DNA from: Thermodesulfobacteriota bacterium
Lineage (GTDB): Bacteria; Desulfobacterota; UBA8473
Length of the DNA: 64,000 nt
Direction of reading: 5' to 3'
Assembly (NCBI GenBank): GCA_034189035.1
Contig: JAXHVA010000005.1
Span: 24,628-88,627, forward strand
Shown here: piece by piece, positions 46,069 to 57,229 of the stretch
Layout: each line of letters opens with the position of its first letter
How positions within the stretch are numbered: position 1 is the stretch's first letter
The notes under the pieces: generated by a model
Told to the model about the DNA's origin: nothing
The model's database searches: none
The model's input: the letters and a program-made list of their open reading frames with translations, nothing else
Made by a program: the position numbers and the translations under genes

Positions 46069-47778
46069 ATGAGTAAAACAGAATCGTCTTCCCCCTCTGA
46101 TTTTATCCGGAATATCATTGCGAATGATATCTTATCTAATAAAAACGAAGGCCATATCCACACTCGATTTCCACCAGAGCCGAATGGGTATCTCCATATC
46201 GGACATGCAAAATCGATCTGCCTTAATTTTGGCCTTGCTACGGAGAATAAAGGTGGTCTTTGCAATTTGCGGTTCGATGATACAAACCCGAGCAAGGAAG
46301 ATGTTGAATACATCGAATCGATTCAATCGGACATCAGATGGCTCGGATTCGATTGGGATGATCGGCTTTTTTATGCATCCGATTACTTTGAAAAACTATA
46401 TGAATGCGCTGTTAGCTTAATAAAGAAGGACAAGGCCTATGTCTGCGACTTGAGTGTGGAAGAGATAAGACAGTATCGTGGCACACTAAAAAAGCCCGGC
46501 AAGAACAGTCCATATCGAACACGTTCAATCGATGAAAACCTGGCCCTATTTAAAAGTATGCGGGCAGGAGAGTTCAAGGACGGCTCTTGTGTACTTCGGG
46601 CAAAGATCGATATGTCATCCCCAAATCTGAATATGCGAGATCCTGTTATCTATCGTATTCTTAAGGTAACACACCATAAAACCGCTGACAGATGGTGTAT
46701 CTATCCGACATATGACTTTGCACATTGCATCTCGGACTCTATCGAAGGGATAACCCACTCGATCTGTACACTTGAGTTTGAAGATCACCGTCCACTCTAT
46801 GATTGGATACTCGATGAACTAGACCTCGACTGTCATCCTCAGCAAATCGAGTTTGCACGCCTCAATCTCAGCTATTCTGTAATGAGCAAACGAAAACTCC
46901 TTCAACTCGTGGAAGAAGGACATGTAATGGGATGGGATGACCCACGTATGCCTACGATTTCGGGTTTAAGAAGACGCGGTTACACACCAGAGTCGATTCG
47001 AAATTTCTGCGAGCGAATAGGGGTGGCCAAGAGGGAAAGCCTGGTCGACATCTCACTGCTTGAACACTGTATTCGGGACGACCTCAATCGAAAGGCCCCT
47101 CGTGTAATGGCTGTATTGCGTCCTTTACGTGTAATCATCGACAACTACCCTGAAGACCATGAGGAAGAGTTGGAAGCACTTAACAATCCAGAGGATGTTT
47201 CTACGGGAACGAGGAAGGTCTCTTTTTCCCGGGTGCTGTATATTGAACGAGAAGACTTTCTTGAAGACCCGCCAAAGAAATTTTTCCGATTGGCTCCGGG
47301 TCGTGAAGTTCGTTTACGATATGCGTATTATATTACATGTATGGGTGTGGTGAAAGACGAACAGACCGGGGAAGTCGTAGAGATCCACTGTATCTATGAT
47401 CCAAAAACCCGGGGAGGCTGGTCTGCTGACGGACGCAAGGTAAAGGCAACATTACACTGGGTTTCTGCTGCCCATTCTTTTCAAGCTGAAGTTCATCTAT
47501 TCAACCATCTCTTTTTAAAAGCAAATCCAGATGAAGAGAGTAAGGCACAAAGCTTCACGGATTTTTTAAACCCTTCATCCGTTGAGAGACTTACTTCATG
47601 CTTTTTAGAGCCTGCCCTGGCAGAAGCATCACCAGGAGATATATACCAGTTCGAAAGGCTCGGTTACTTCTGCGTTGATTCTCAAGAATCTTCTGATCGC
47701 AAACTCGTATTCAACCGGACCGTTACCTTACGTGATACATGGGCCAAAATGTTCAAAAAAACAAAAGACCTGAAATAA
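46069..47778 (+). CDS. glnS: glutamine--tRNA ligase
   Basis: HIGHAKS and VMSKR class I signatures. The N-terminus is [12 protein letters not shown]. The ORF-track extension was trimmed to ATG 46069, preceded by AGGAG with a 6-7 nt spacer. Confidence 0.95.
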   Translation: MSKTESSSPSDFIRNIIANDILSNKNEGHIHTRFPPEPNGYLHIGHAKSICLNFGLATENKGGLCNLRFDDTNPSKEDVEYIESIQSDIRWLGFDWDDRLFYASDYFEKLYECAVSLIKKDKAYVCDLSVEEIRQYRGTLKKPGKNSPYRTRSIDENLALFKSMRAGEFKDGSCVLRAKIDMSSPNLNMRDPVIYRILKVTHHKTADRWCIYPTYDFAHCISDSIEGITHSICTLEFEDHRPLYDWILDELDLDCHPQQIEFARLNLSYSVMSKRKLLQLVEEGHVMGWDDPRMPTISGLRRRGYTPESIRNFCERIGVAKRESLVDISLLEHCIRDDLNRKAPRVMAVLRPLRVIIDNYPEDHEEELEALNNPEDVSTGTRKVSFSRVLYIEREDFLEDPPKKFFRLAPGREVRLRYAYYITCMGVVKDEQTGEVVEIHCIYDPKTRGGWSADGRKVKATLHWVSAAHSFQAEVHLFNHLFLKANPDEESKAQSFTDFLNPSSVERLTSCFLEPALAEASPGDIYQFERLGYFCVDSQESSDRKLVFNRTVTLRDTWAKMFKKTKDLK

Positions 47779-47800
47779 ACTGCTTTTTTATCTATAGGGA

Positions 47801-48541
47801 TTATTGTATAAGGTATAAAAAGAATTCCTTGTTTCCATTGGCTCCCAATATCGGCGAAGCAATTATACCTTGAACCTTTAAATCATGGAGTGAAGCGAAG
47901 CTCGCTATCTTTTCAATCGCCTTTTTATGTTTTTTCGGGTCTTTTACGATACCTCCCTTCCCTACTTCCGACTTTTCCAGTTCAAATTGGGGTTTTAAAA
48001 GGGCGACAATCCAAGCCATACAATTTTGCAGTTTGATTACTGCAGGCAAAACCCTGGTAAGGGAAATAAAGGATGTATCGATTACAGTCAAGTCGATCTC
48101 ATCTTTAATCTCTCGAGATTCCAGGTGCCGGATATTCCTCCTCTCCAGAGCGACTACTCTTGAATCCTGTCTCAGTTTCCATGCGAGTTGTCCATAACCC
48201 ACATCAATAGCATATACCTTTCTCACTCCCCTTTGTAACAAACAATCCGTGAAGCCCCCGGTTGAGGCCCCAACATCGAGTGCTAACTTATCCGCTGTAT
48301 CAAGTTCAAAGGCATCTAATGCATAGGCCAATTTTACCCCGCCACGACTCACATATGGAATATCATTGCCTTTCAATCTTAAGGAAGTATCTCGCAAAAC
48401 CTTTGCCCCTGCCTTGTCTGCTCTGTGGTTATCTACGATGACCTTTCCTTCCATAATCAGGGCTTTAGCCCTGTCACGGCTGGGGGCGATCCCTCGTTCA
48501 ACCAAAAGCTTGTCGAGACGTTCACTCTTGTTTGTTTTCAT
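47801..48541 (-). CDS. tlyA: TlyA-family rRNA 2'-O-methyltransferase
   Basis: 246-aa ORF. S4 domain RLDKLLVERGIAPSRDRAKALI, then an FtsJ-like domain with DVGASTGGFTDCLLQRG. Confidence 0.9.
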   Translation of the reverse strand: MKTNKSERLDKLLVERGIAPSRDRAKALIMEGKVIVDNHRADKAGAKVLRDTSLRLKGNDIPYVSRGGVKLAYALDAFELDTADKLALDVGASTGGFTDCLLQRGVRKVYAIDVGYGQLAWKLRQDSRVVALERRNIRHLESREIKDEIDLTVIDTSFISLTRVLPAVIKLQNCMAWIVALLKPQFELEKSEVGKGGIVKDPKKHKKAIEKIASFASLHDLKVQGIIASPILGANGNKEFFLYLIQ

Positions 48542-48559
48542 TTCTAGAAGTATCTACTT

Positions 48560-51334
48560 TTACTCTTCCTTTGCTTCATCTGCCTTTTTATTTTTGAATC
48601 CTAACACTGACTGAGCAGCTGCAAGACGGGCTATGGGAATTCGATAAGGAGAGCAGCTTACATAGTCCAGTCCGCTCCTACAAAAAAACTCAATGGAACT
48701 GGGATCCCCACCATGCTCCCCACATATCCCCACTTTGAGTGTGGGTCTTGTATCTCTTCCTCTTTGTACAGCAATCTCGATAAGTTTTCCAACTCCATCC
48801 TGGTCTAATTCCTGAAAAGGATCATTTTCGATTATCTTTTTGTCGATATAGTATGGCAAGAATTTGCCTGCATCATCTCTACTCAGTCCAAAGGCCATCT
48901 GTGTGAGGTCATTGGTTCCAAATGAGAAAAACTCGGCCACCTTGGCTATCTCGTCTGCTGTAATGGCCGCTCTCGGCAATTCTATCATGGTTCCCACAAG
49001 GTATTCTATATTCATACCATAAGACTCGATTACCTCCTTAGCGACCCTGTCCACAACTTGCTTTTGCATTATCAATTCTTTTACATGCCCTACAAGTGGG
49101 ATCATTACTTCTGGAACTACCCGTATGCCTTCTTTTGCTACCTGACACGATGCCTCAAATATTGCCCTCGCCTGCATCTCGGTAATTTCAGGATAGACTA
49201 TACCCAAACGACAACCTCTATGGCCAAGCATAGGGTTGCTCTCATGGAGGCCTTCTATCTTTGTTGTCAATCTCTCTTGAGCGATGCCCATTTTTTTGGC
49301 CAGTGCACGTATCTCTATTTCACTCTTTGGAAGGAATTCATGAAGAGGGGGGTCAAGGGTTCGAATGGTAACCGGCATCCCATCCATCAACCTAAAGATA
49401 TGAATAAAGTCTTCCCTTTGCATAGGCATCAATCTAGATAAGGCCTTTTCCCTTCCGGCCTTATCTTCTGCCAGGATCATCTCACGAACCGAATCGATTC
49501 GATCTCCTTCGAAAAACATATGTTCTGTCCTGCAGAGTCCTATACCCTCAGCGCCAAAACTCAAAGCAACACTTACCTGATCCGACTTGTCAGCATTTGT
49601 ACGTATCCGAAGGGTTCTTATTTCATCGGACCACGACATGATCTTCGCAAATATCTGATATATATCCGATTCTTTTTGATCCAATGTCTTGTCTATAAGT
49701 ACCTGCAAAGTCTCTGAAGGGGTTTCCTCTATCTTATCGAGATATACCTCGCCGTTAGTACCATCAATAGAGATATAGTCTCCTTTCTTTATTTCGTGGC
49801 CATTAACTCTCATCACTTGATTCGCGTAGTCGATCTCTAATACCTCACAGCCCACAACACATACCTTTCCCATCTGTCTGGCAACCAGAGCCGCATGGGA
49901 TGTCATCCCGCCTCTGGCAGTCAAAATACCTTTGGCTGCATTCATCCCTCGGATATCTTCAGGTGATGTCTCAATCCTCACGAGTATAATATCTTTCTTT
50001 CCTTTTTTTGCAAGCTCCTCTGCTTCAGGGGCGTTGAATATAACCTTTCCAGATGCACCACCAGGTCCTGCATTCAATCCCTTTGCTAAAAGTCTTCCCT
50101 GTGCAACGGCCTTTTTCTTCTCTTTCGAATCTAAGATAGGGCTGAGTAACTGGTTTAAATGCTCAGGTTCTACCCTCATAATTGCCTCTTCTTTTTCTAT
50201 CAGCTCCTCCTCAACCATTTCTACTGCTATACGCATGGCAGCAAAACCGGTACGTTTCCCGGATCTGGTCTGAAGCATATAGAGTCTTCCCCTTTGAATG
50301 GTAAACTCTATATCCTGTAAATCCCTGTAATGCCTTTCTAAGGTATTTCTGATATCAAGAAGTTGACTGTATATCTCAGGCATCTCTTCTTCCAAAGAAG
50401 GAAGAAGAGTCTCTCCTTTTTGGAGGATGTTGATCGGCCTAGGTGTCCGAATACCTGATACTACATCCTCACCCTGAGCATTCAATAAGTACTCTCCATA
50501 AAAGACGTTTTTACCGGTAGCAGGATCACGGGTAAATGCAACACCTGTTCCGCTATCTTCTCCCAAATTTCCAAACACCATAGCCTGGACATTTACTGCT
50601 GTACCCCAGTGTTCGGGTATTTGGTTCAACTCGCGATAGGCAATAGCCCTTGGATTATTCCATGAACTGAAAACAGATCCAATCGCTCTCCATAACTGTT
50701 CTAAGGGGTCTTCCGGGAAATCGATATTCAGCCTTTTTTTGATCTCAATCTTAAATTCGGCTACCAGTTCTTTGAGGTCATTAGCGCTGAGTTCATAATC
50801 AAGAGCAACCTTTTTTTTCTCTTTTTTTTCTTCAAGGATAATCTCAAAGGGGTCTCTTTCATCCTTGTCAATCGGTTTCAGTCCTAATACAACATCTCCA
50901 TACATCTGGACGAACCTGCGGTAACAGTCATAGGCAAACCTTTCGTTATTCGATTGGGCGATGAGTCCTTTTATTGTTGTATCATTTAACCCTATATTGA
51001 GTACTGTATCCATCATTCCAGGCATTGATGCCCGGGCCCCTGACCTGACTGAAAGCAATAAGGGGTTTTCATTGTCGCCGAATTTCGCTCCCATAGCATC
51101 TTCAACCCTGATTAACCCATCTTTAACCTGTGCATCTAGCGCAGTTGGATAGTTCCCCTTACCCTTATAGTATCCTGTGCAGACTTCGGTTGTTATGGTA
51201 AATCCAGGAGGTACTGGTATGCCGAGTCTTGCCATCTCAGCCAAATTGGCACCTTTACCCCCCAACAGTCCCTTCATCTTTGCATTTCCTTCAGCCATAT
51301 CTTTGCCAAAAAAATAGACATATTTTTTATCCAT
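48560..51334 (-). CDS. ppdK: pyruvate, phosphate dikinase
   Basis: KYVYFFG...[10 protein letters not shown], phospho-His loop [15 protein letters not shown], and the PEP-utilizing C-terminus [11 protein letters not shown]. The start was trimmed to ATG 51334, preceded by AAGGAG. Confidence 0.95.
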   Translation of the reverse strand: MDKKYVYFFGKDMAEGNAKMKGLLGGKGANLAEMARLGIPVPPGFTITTEVCTGYYKGKGNYPTALDAQVKDGLIRVEDAMGAKFGDNENPLLLSVRSGARASMPGMMDTVLNIGLNDTTIKGLIAQSNNERFAYDCYRRFVQMYGDVVLGLKPIDKDERDPFEIILEEKKEKKKVALDYELSANDLKELVAEFKIEIKKRLNIDFPEDPLEQLWRAIGSVFSSWNNPRAIAYRELNQIPEHWGTAVNVQAMVFGNLGEDSGTGVAFTRDPATGKNVFYGEYLLNAQGEDVVSGIRTPRPINILQKGETLLPSLEEEMPEIYSQLLDIRNTLERHYRDLQDIEFTIQRGRLYMLQTRSGKRTGFAAMRIAVEMVEEELIEKEEAIMRVEPEHLNQLLSPILDSKEKKKAVAQGRLLAKGLNAGPGGASGKVIFNAPEAEELAKKGKKDIILVRIETSPEDIRGMNAAKGILTARGGMTSHAALVARQMGKVCVVGCEVLEIDYANQVMRVNGHEIKKGDYISIDGTNGEVYLDKIEETPSETLQVLIDKTLDQKESDIYQIFAKIMSWSDEIRTLRIRTNADKSDQVSVALSFGAEGIGLCRTEHMFFEGDRIDSVREMILAEDKAGREKALSRLMPMQREDFIHIFRLMDGMPVTIRTLDPPLHEFLPKSEIEIRALAKKMGIAQERLTTKIEGLHESNPMLGHRGCRLGIVYPEITEMQARAIFEASCQVAKEGIRVVPEVMIPLVGHVKELIMQKQVVDRVAKEVIESYGMNIEYLVGTMIELPRAAITADEIAKVAEFFSFGTNDLTQMAFGLSRDDAGKFLPYYIDKKIIENDPFQELDQDGVGKLIEIAVQRGRDTRPTLKVGICGEHGGDPSSIEFFCRSGLDYVSCSPYRIPIARLAAAQSVLGFKNKKADEAKEE

Positions 51335-51368
51335 TTGAGACTCCTTATCAATTAGAAGGTTATCAAAG

Positions 51369-53441
51369 CTATACGGTGACAATCCTCGAAAAATCGGCAA
51401 TATTCAAGAACAATTCGGACACTTGAACCAGAATGGCCAGTCTGTTCTTCCTTACTGCCTCATCTTGTGCCATTACCATAACATTATCAAAAAAATCATC
51501 TACAGGTTCCCTCAAATGAACCAGTAAATACAGGGCTTCTCTGTATTTCTTCTTTAAAAGCAATTCCAATACACTCTCTTTTATCTCTTTATATGCATTC
51601 CAAAGGGTATTCTCTGATGGATCTTTGAAAAGTGAGACTTTTACTTCTTTTGCAGGAGATGATTGCGTTATGATATTCGAAGCTCTTTTAAAGGCAATCG
51701 TCAATGGTTGAAAATCCGGTTGGTTCTTCAATCCTTCCAAGGCCTCAATTCTGTCGAATGTATCCGCCATCTCATCGAAATATGAAGAGAGTACAGCATC
51801 TATTATATCATAAGAGTATCCTTTTGCACTTAAATGATGCTGAAACCTCTGCCTGAAGAATTCAAAAACCTCATTAAAGACATCTTCTGGATCTCTGGAT
51901 ATCTTGTCATTAAGGTATTCAATACCCCTATTGCATAGTTCGGTGAGAGAGATCGAGTACCTCTTGTCCAGTATGATGTTAATCACACCGAGTGCCTGAC
52001 GTCTCAATGCGTAGGGATCGGATGTCCCAGTAGGAATACGTCCAACACCAAAACAGGCTACAATCGTATCGATCCTGTCCGCGATACTCACAAATGCACC
52101 CATATCAGACAGAGGAAGCAAATCACCGGCAAACCTTGGAAGGTAATGCTCATATATTGCATTTGCCACTTCCGGGTCTTCACCTGAAAAAAGGGCATAT
52201 TCTTTACCCATCACTCCTTGCAGGCTCGGAAATTCCCCAACCATTTTCGATGTCAAATCGGCCTTGCAAAGAAAAGCAGCCCTCTTTGTTCTTTCTTCTA
52301 ATTCAGATTTAATCTCCACTGCCAGATATTCGGCGAGTCTTTGTAACCTCATGACTTTTTCATAAAGGGTGCCCAATTCCGACTGAAATACAATTTCTTT
52401 TAAATAAGGAACACTTTCAAAAAGCGGGCTTTTCCGGTCTTCTTCAAAAAAGAATTTTGCATCAGAAAGCCTGGCCTTTAAAACTCTTTCATTTCCCTTT
52501 ACAACTACCTCAGGGTCCTTTACAATTGTATTATTGACAGCGATAAAGTATGGCAAAAGAACACCAGAACCATCGACTACAGAAAAGTACATCTGGTGTT
52601 TCCGCATGCTGGCGATCAAAACCTCTTTTGGCAGGTCCAAGAACTCCCTATCGAATGCCCCAACGATTGATGTCGGATATTCAATCAGAAAGGTAACCTC
52701 CTCTAATAAATCTTCATCCTCCAGGACCTTCCCTGAAATACCGGCTGCAGCTTCAGTGATCTCTTTTCGAATTATCTCCTTTCTTTCTTCTGGATCGACA
52801 ATTACCTTGGCATTTTGAAGATACTCAATATAGAAATTAAAATCCGGAACCTTAAATGGGGAAGGTGCCATAAAACGATGGCCAAAGGATATGTCTTTGC
52901 TCTCAACATTACCTATCCAAAATGGAACGATATCCCCGTTGAATAGGCATAGAATCCAATGGATAGGCCGAGCAAATCGTATCTGGCTATTTCCCCATCT
53001 CATAGACTTGGGGAAAGGGATGGAAGTGATTAACCTGGGAAGTAGAGATGAGAGGACTCCTCTTGTATCAAGACCAAATTCCTTTTTCTTAACAGCTAGA
53101 TACTCTCCTTTAGCCAAACTTACTTGCTGAAGATCGGTCACAGAGACATTCTGTGCTTTTGCAAAACCAATAGCTGCATTAGTTGGATTCCCATTATTAT
53201 CAAATGCAACCTTCTTTGATGGCCCAATCTTCTCTACGTAGATATCTCCTTGCCTGTCAGATAAACGATCAATGAAGAGGACCAACCTTCTTGGCGTACC
53301 GAAAGTCTTTATATCTTCAAATCCCAACCTTTGGTTTTTCAGTTCTTTTCTAAAGAGTCTTTCCATCTCCTTCAAGGCAATATGAATAAACCCGGATGGG
53401 ATCTCTTCTGTCCCTATCTCAAGAAGAAAGTCGCTTGCCAT
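51369..53441 (-). CDS. glyS: glycine--tRNA ligase beta subunit
   Basis: 690-aa ORF. N-terminus [12 protein letters not shown], and the position directly downstream of glyQ. Confidence 0.95.
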   Translation of the reverse strand: MASDFLLEIGTEEIPSGFIHIALKEMERLFRKELKNQRLGFEDIKTFGTPRRLVLFIDRLSDRQGDIYVEKIGPSKKVAFDNNGNPTNAAIGFAKAQNVSVTDLQQVSLAKGEYLAVKKKEFGLDTRGVLSSLLPRLITSIPFPKSMRWGNSQIRFARPIHWILCLFNGDIVPFWIGNVESKDISFGHRFMAPSPFKVPDFNFYIEYLQNAKVIVDPEERKEIIRKEITEAAAGISGKVLEDEDLLEEVTFLIEYPTSIVGAFDREFLDLPKEVLIASMRKHQMYFSVVDGSGVLLPYFIAVNNTIVKDPEVVVKGNERVLKARLSDAKFFFEEDRKSPLFESVPYLKEIVFQSELGTLYEKVMRLQRLAEYLAVEIKSELEERTKRAAFLCKADLTSKMVGEFPSLQGVMGKEYALFSGEDPEVANAIYEHYLPRFAGDLLPLSDMGAFVSIADRIDTIVACFGVGRIPTGTSDPYALRRQALGVINIILDKRYSISLTELCNRGIEYLNDKISRDPEDVFNEVFEFFRQRFQHHLSAKGYSYDIIDAVLSSYFDEMADTFDRIEALEGLKNQPDFQPLTIAFKRASNIITQSSPAKEVKVSLFKDPSENTLWNAYKEIKESVLELLLKKKYREALYLLVHLREPVDDFFDNVMVMAQDEAVRKNRLAILVQVSELFLNIADFSRIVTV

Positions 53442-53516
53442 GATTCTAATCCTAACGCACTACATGTGATAAACATATACACCTTAAAATCCCGATTTCT
53501 TATTTTCAGATAAAGG

Positions 53517-54413
53517 CTAACTGTCTTTTAACAAAGGAAATCCCAAATCCTCTCTTTGTTTGAGATACTGCTTTGCACACAAGCCTGCCAGGTTTCTTAC
53601 TCTCCCTATAAACCTCGTCCTTTCTGTAACACTGATAGCATTTCTTGCATCTAAGAGGTTGAATGTATGAGAGCACTTTAAACAGTACTCATATGCAGGT
53701 AGAACTAACCCCCTTTTAGTCGAACCTATAGATTCTCTTTCATACATATCAAAGAGTTTAAAGAGCATATCTATATCGGCCTGCTCAAAATTATAGATAG
53801 AAAACTCTATCTCGCTTTGGTGATGTATGTCTCTGTACTTTATCCCATCTACCCATTCTATGTCGTATACATTGTCTATCCCCTGGAGGTACATGGCAAT
53901 CCTTTCTAACCCATAGGTCAACTCAACAGAAACAGGCTTGAGGTCTATACCGCCTGCCTGCTGAAAATATGTAAACTGCGTAATCTCCATCCCATCCAAC
54001 CAGACCTCCCAGCCCAACCCCCATGCGCCAAGTGTAGGAGACTCCCAATCATCTTCAACAAATCTTATGTCATGCGCCAATAGATCTACTCCAAGGGTCT
54101 CTAAACTCTTAAGATATATCGCTTGAATATCCATTGGGGAAGGTTTCATTATCACTTGAAATTGATAGAAGTGTTGGAGTCGATTGGGATTCTCTCCATA
54201 TCTGCCATCTGTGGGCCGACGGGAAGGTTCAACATATGAGACCTTCCATGGCTCAGGGCCTATGACACGAAGAAAGGTAGCAGGGTTGAAGGTTCCGGCC
54301 CCCACTTCAACACCATAGGGCTGTTGAATGATACATCCCATATCCTTCCAAAAGCTTTGAAGTGTCAGTATTATATCTTGAAAGTTCATTACTTCGGGTC
54401 CATACAAATCCAT
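53517..54413 (-). CDS. glyQ: glycine--tRNA ligase alpha subunit
   Basis: 298-aa [43 protein letters not shown]. An alternative start (MNFQD) lies ~24 nt inside. Confidence 0.95.
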   Translation of the reverse strand: MDLYGPEVMNFQDIILTLQSFWKDMGCIIQQPYGVEVGAGTFNPATFLRVIGPEPWKVSYVEPSRRPTDGRYGENPNRLQHFYQFQVIMKPSPMDIQAIYLKSLETLGVDLLAHDIRFVEDDWESPTLGAWGLGWEVWLDGMEITQFTYFQQAGGIDLKPVSVELTYGLERIAMYLQGIDNVYDIEWVDGIKYRDIHHQSEIEFSIYNFEQADIDMLFKLFDMYERESIGSTKRGLVLPAYEYCLKCSHTFNLLDARNAISVTERTRFIGRVRNLAGLCAKQYLKQREDLGFPLLKDS

Positions 54414-54481
54414 ACAAAAATTATCTACGGATTAAGATGATATTAAATATTGAGTTATGCAAAGCGTAAGGAGCTTTAATG

Positions 54482-55339
54482 CTAAATATTCAGCCCCTTT
54501 ATCTTATTGTGCAATGTGTTCCTGTTAATTCCTAGAAAATGGGCAGCCTCGTATTTTACATTGTTCGTCCTTTTGAGGGCCAATTTGATCAGAACCTTTT
54601 CGACGATAGAAATAATATCAGAAAAGAGCCTTCTCTTCCCTTCAGTTTTTATATCCATCAGGGTTATTATTGCGTCCAATTTCCCTTCCAGTATATTTTC
54701 TATGAAGGCTCTCTTCGAAGAATTTGAGATAAATCTGATATCCATATTGAATTGCTTCTCTTTTTCAAGCTCTTCTTTTAACCGCTTATTCTCACGGATC
54801 AAATCTTCTCTTTCTTTTTTCAATCCTTGGTGAAAAGGTATGGTTTGGGAAATAATGGATGTAATAGAATTCAATAGATTAAGATCCTCAATAAATGCAA
54901 TACTATCATCAAAAAGCCTATCTACTGAAAGCACCCCAATCACCTTTTTTTCAATCTTTAATGGAACGCATAAATAAGAAATGCTCGACTTTTTTATATT
55001 ATAACATATCGATGAATCCAAAAACAAAGCAGAATTAGATGGATTTAAGACCGCTATAGGCAGACCACTTTCAAAGGCCTTCTTATGAATATCATCTATT
55101 TCTACTTCTTTTTCATAGGTTCCGTAGAAGATTTTTGCAATAATTACATTTGTTTCATAATCAAAAAGCATCAACATGCCTCGGCTCATAGCCAAACGTA
55201 ATGCCAGGACATTCATGACACGGTTTAATACATTATTAATATCGAGTGACGAACTCAAAGCTTTGTTTATTTCAGTTAGAGTATCTATTTTCAATACCTC
55301 TAAATGTTCTTCTTGATTTACTCCCAATAAAACTTTCAC
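54482..55339 (-). CDS. GAF-domain regulator with C-terminal Fis-type HTH, lacking an AAA+ module
   Basis: 285-aa ORF. GAF-like N-terminus (LTEINKALSSSLDINNVLNRVMNVL...CVPLKIEKKVIGVLSVDR), a coiled linker, and an NtrC/NifA-type C-terminus IVEKVLIKLALKRTNNVKYEAAHFLGINRNTLHNKIK. No Walker A or GAFTGA motif is present. It overlaps moaC by 4 nt. Confidence 0.7.
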   Translation of the reverse strand: MKVLLGVNQEEHLEVLKIDTLTEINKALSSSLDINNVLNRVMNVLALRLAMSRGMLMLFDYETNVIIAKIFYGTYEKEVEIDDIHKKAFESGLPIAVLNPSNSALFLDSSICYNIKKSSISYLCVPLKIEKKVIGVLSVDRLFDDSIAFIEDLNLLNSITSIISQTIPFHQGLKKEREDLIRENKRLKEELEKEKQFNMDIRFISNSSKRAFIENILEGKLDAIITLMDIKTEGKRRLFSDIISIVEKVLIKLALKRTNNVKYEAAHFLGINRNTLHNKIKGLNI

Positions 55340-55833
55340 CCTTCCCTCCTTGTTGTAGCCCCTAACTTATATTTTCCGCTTTTCCCCCCCTGTTTTTCGA
55401 TCAGTCTTATATCTGAGATAACCATTTCACGATCCATTGATTTACACATATCATAAACTGTTAAGGCCGCTATAGAAACTGCAATCAGGGCCTCCATCTC
55501 TACGCCTGTTCTACTTACAACTCTTACCTTTGATTCCACTTTAATCCTACTTCTCAACGGATCCGGATGGAAAAGGATATCAACAGAAGTGACATCAATA
55601 GGATGAGACATCGGTATCAAATCACTCGTCCTTTTTGCTGCCATAATACCTGCTATTTTAGATACCTCGAGTACATTTCCTTTTTTTACTTTCCCTTTTG
55701 TTATCATCTCAAAGGTCTCCGGCTTCATTGAGATTATTCCTGTTGCAACCGCTTCTCGCCTCGTGATATCTTTCTTAGTAATATCTACCATTTTAGACCT
55801 ACCTGTATCATCAAAATGGGTTAATCGAGGCAT
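55336..55833 (-). CDS. moaC: cyclic pyranopterin monophosphate synthase MoaC
   Basis: LTHFDDTGRSKMVDI, PMSHP and TGVEMEAL motifs. The start was trimmed from the TTG at 55845 to the ATG at 55833. Confidence 0.93.
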   Translation of the reverse strand: MPRLTHFDDTGRSKMVDITKKDITRREAVATGIISMKPETFEMITKGKVKKGNVLEVSKIAGIMAAKRTSDLIPMSHPIDVTSVDILFHPDPLRSRIKVESKVRVVSRTGVEMEALIAVSIAALTVYDMCKSMDREMVISDIRLIEKQGGKSGKYKLGATTRREG

Positions 55834-55890
55834 ATTCTCTCTCAAAGATATCTAATTGCCTTATGAAATGATTATCCCCTGGATTTTTTT

Positions 55891-55914
55891 GTTGAATCCC
55901 TATAGGGATTCAAC
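55891..55914. repeat. 24-bp perfect palindrome GTTGAATCCCTATAGGGATTCAAC
   Basis: Read directly in the moaC/tatA divergent intergenic region. It is preceded by a T7 run on the plus strand. Confidence 0.8.
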
Positions 55915-56079
55915 AGGCAGCCATTTTCAGCGGACAGGTTAATATTTATATGATAATATTATCTTAGTCAAGATTAAATATCGATGCAATTTATATCTCA
56001 AACGATTGATCCGTTGTTAAAAGAGAGTAATATCAATATGATCGCTATTTTTTAAGAAAATACATAAGTGAAATAATCA

Positions 56080-56108
56080 TTGACAGCTATACGAAAAAAC
56101 TCTATTCT
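56080..56108 (+). promoter_or_regulatory. sigma70-type promoter candidate (TTGACA-17 nt-TATTCT) for tatA-tatC
   Basis: Consensus -35 box and 17-nt spacer, ~45-55 nt upstream of the tatA start. Confidence 0.35.
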
Positions 56109-56151
56109 TTATAAACTGGTTGAGTAAAAAATCTGTTAATGCCTATTTAAG

Positions 56152-56508
56152 GTGGAAAAGCAAGTGTTTGGTATCGGACTCCCAGAGTTGATAATAATCT
56201 TTATTATAGCTCTTATTTTTGTCGGCCCGAAAAAATTACCTGATCTCGCCAGGACCCTGGCAAGTGGGATAGCAGAGTTTAAAAAGGCAGCCGATGACGT
56301 TAAGAAAGATCTGAATTTCGAAGATGGATTTAATTCTAGTAAAGACGATTCGATAAAATATAAACAGGAGATTCCTGATAACTTAAAGGGGTCTGATGAA
56401 TCTGGAAAAACCCAAGAAAATGAGAATTCCCAAGAAACCAGCATTGAAGAGGAAAAAGTCACTAAAGGGGATAAAGAACTTTCGGGGGGCACTAAACTAA
56501 GTGGTTGA
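56152..56508 (+). CDS. tatA: twin-arginine translocase TatA/TatB-family subunit
   Basis: FGIGLPELIIIFIIALIFVGPKKLPDLAR, then an amphipathic helix and an acidic tail. The more likely start is the GTG at ~56164, 7 nt after GGTGGA. Confidence 0.85.
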   Translation: MEKQVFGIGLPELIIIFIIALIFVGPKKLPDLARTLASGIAEFKKAADDVKKDLNFEDGFNSSKDDSIKYKQEIPDNLKGSDESGKTQENENSQETSIEEEKVTKGDKELSGGTKLSG

Positions 56509-57229
56509 TCAAAAGCTTCCCATAACTTCTCATCTTGAGGAATTAAGAAAGAGACTGATTATTTGTTTTATTGCGATTGGTATTGGGTTTTTTGGATCTT
56601 ATTTCTTTTCAAAAAAGATATTCAATCTCCTTATGAGCCCCCTGATTGAAGTACTGCCCTCCGGTGGATCATTCATCTTTACAGGGCTGACTGAGGCCTT
56701 TTTTACTTATCTGAAGGTAGCATTATTGAGCGGAGTATTTATTGCAAGCCCGGTAATACTATACCAAATATGGTCTTTTATCTCTCCAGGTCTTTATGAA
56801 AAAGAAAGGAAACACGCCCTACCTTTTGCTATCTTATCAACCATTTTCTTTGTTGGAGGAGCATTATTTGGTTATTTCGTAGTCTTCCCCTTTGGCTTTA
56901 GATTTTTTATGAGTTTTGCGAGTGAGACGATACTGGCATTTCCCTCTATAAAGGAGTACCTTTCTTTTTGTACAAGGTTACTTTTTGCATTTGGGATCGT
57001 ATTTGAACTGCCTCTTTTTGTATTGTTTTTGTCGAAGATCGGGATAGTCGATGCGAAGATGTTATCATCTCAAAGGAAATATGCCCTTGTTATTGTCTTT
57101 ATTGTCTCTGCAATACTGACTCCTCCTGACGTAACAACTCAGTTAATGATGGTAGTTCCACTTTTGTTGTTATATGAATTGAGTATATGGGTAGCAAAGA
57201 TATTTGGTAAAAAGAGGGAGTCATCTTAA
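56501..57229 (+). CDS. tatC: twin-arginine translocase subunit TatC
   Basis: 242-aa, six-TM ORF. HLEELRKRLI N-terminus and PPDVTTQ motif. It overlaps tatA by 8 nt. Confidence 0.93.
   Translation: MVDQKLPITSHLEELRKRLIICFIAIGIGFFGSYFFSKKIFNLLMSPLIEVLPSGGSFIFTGLTEAFFTYLKVALLSGVFIASPVILYQIWSFISPGLYEKERKHALPFAILSTIFFVGGALFGYFVVFPFGFRFFMSFASETILAFPSIKEYLSFCTRLLFAFGIVFELPLFVLFLSKIGIVDAKMLSSQRKYALVIVFIVSAILTPPDVTTQLMMVVPLLLLYELSIWVAKIFGKKRESS

Noticed and set aside
55846-56151. Moco riboswitch upstream of moaC
   Set aside because: The context fits the riboswitch, but I could not recognise the conserved Moco-motif helices by eye. The spacer is AT-rich apart from the palindrome. This needs a covariance-model scan before any call.
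56136-56492. 118-aa minus-strand ORF opposite tatA
   Set aside because: It mirrors the tatA frame. tatA has the canonical FGIGxPELxxIxxxAxxxFGPKKLP motif and an RBS, whereas the antisense product is low complexity.
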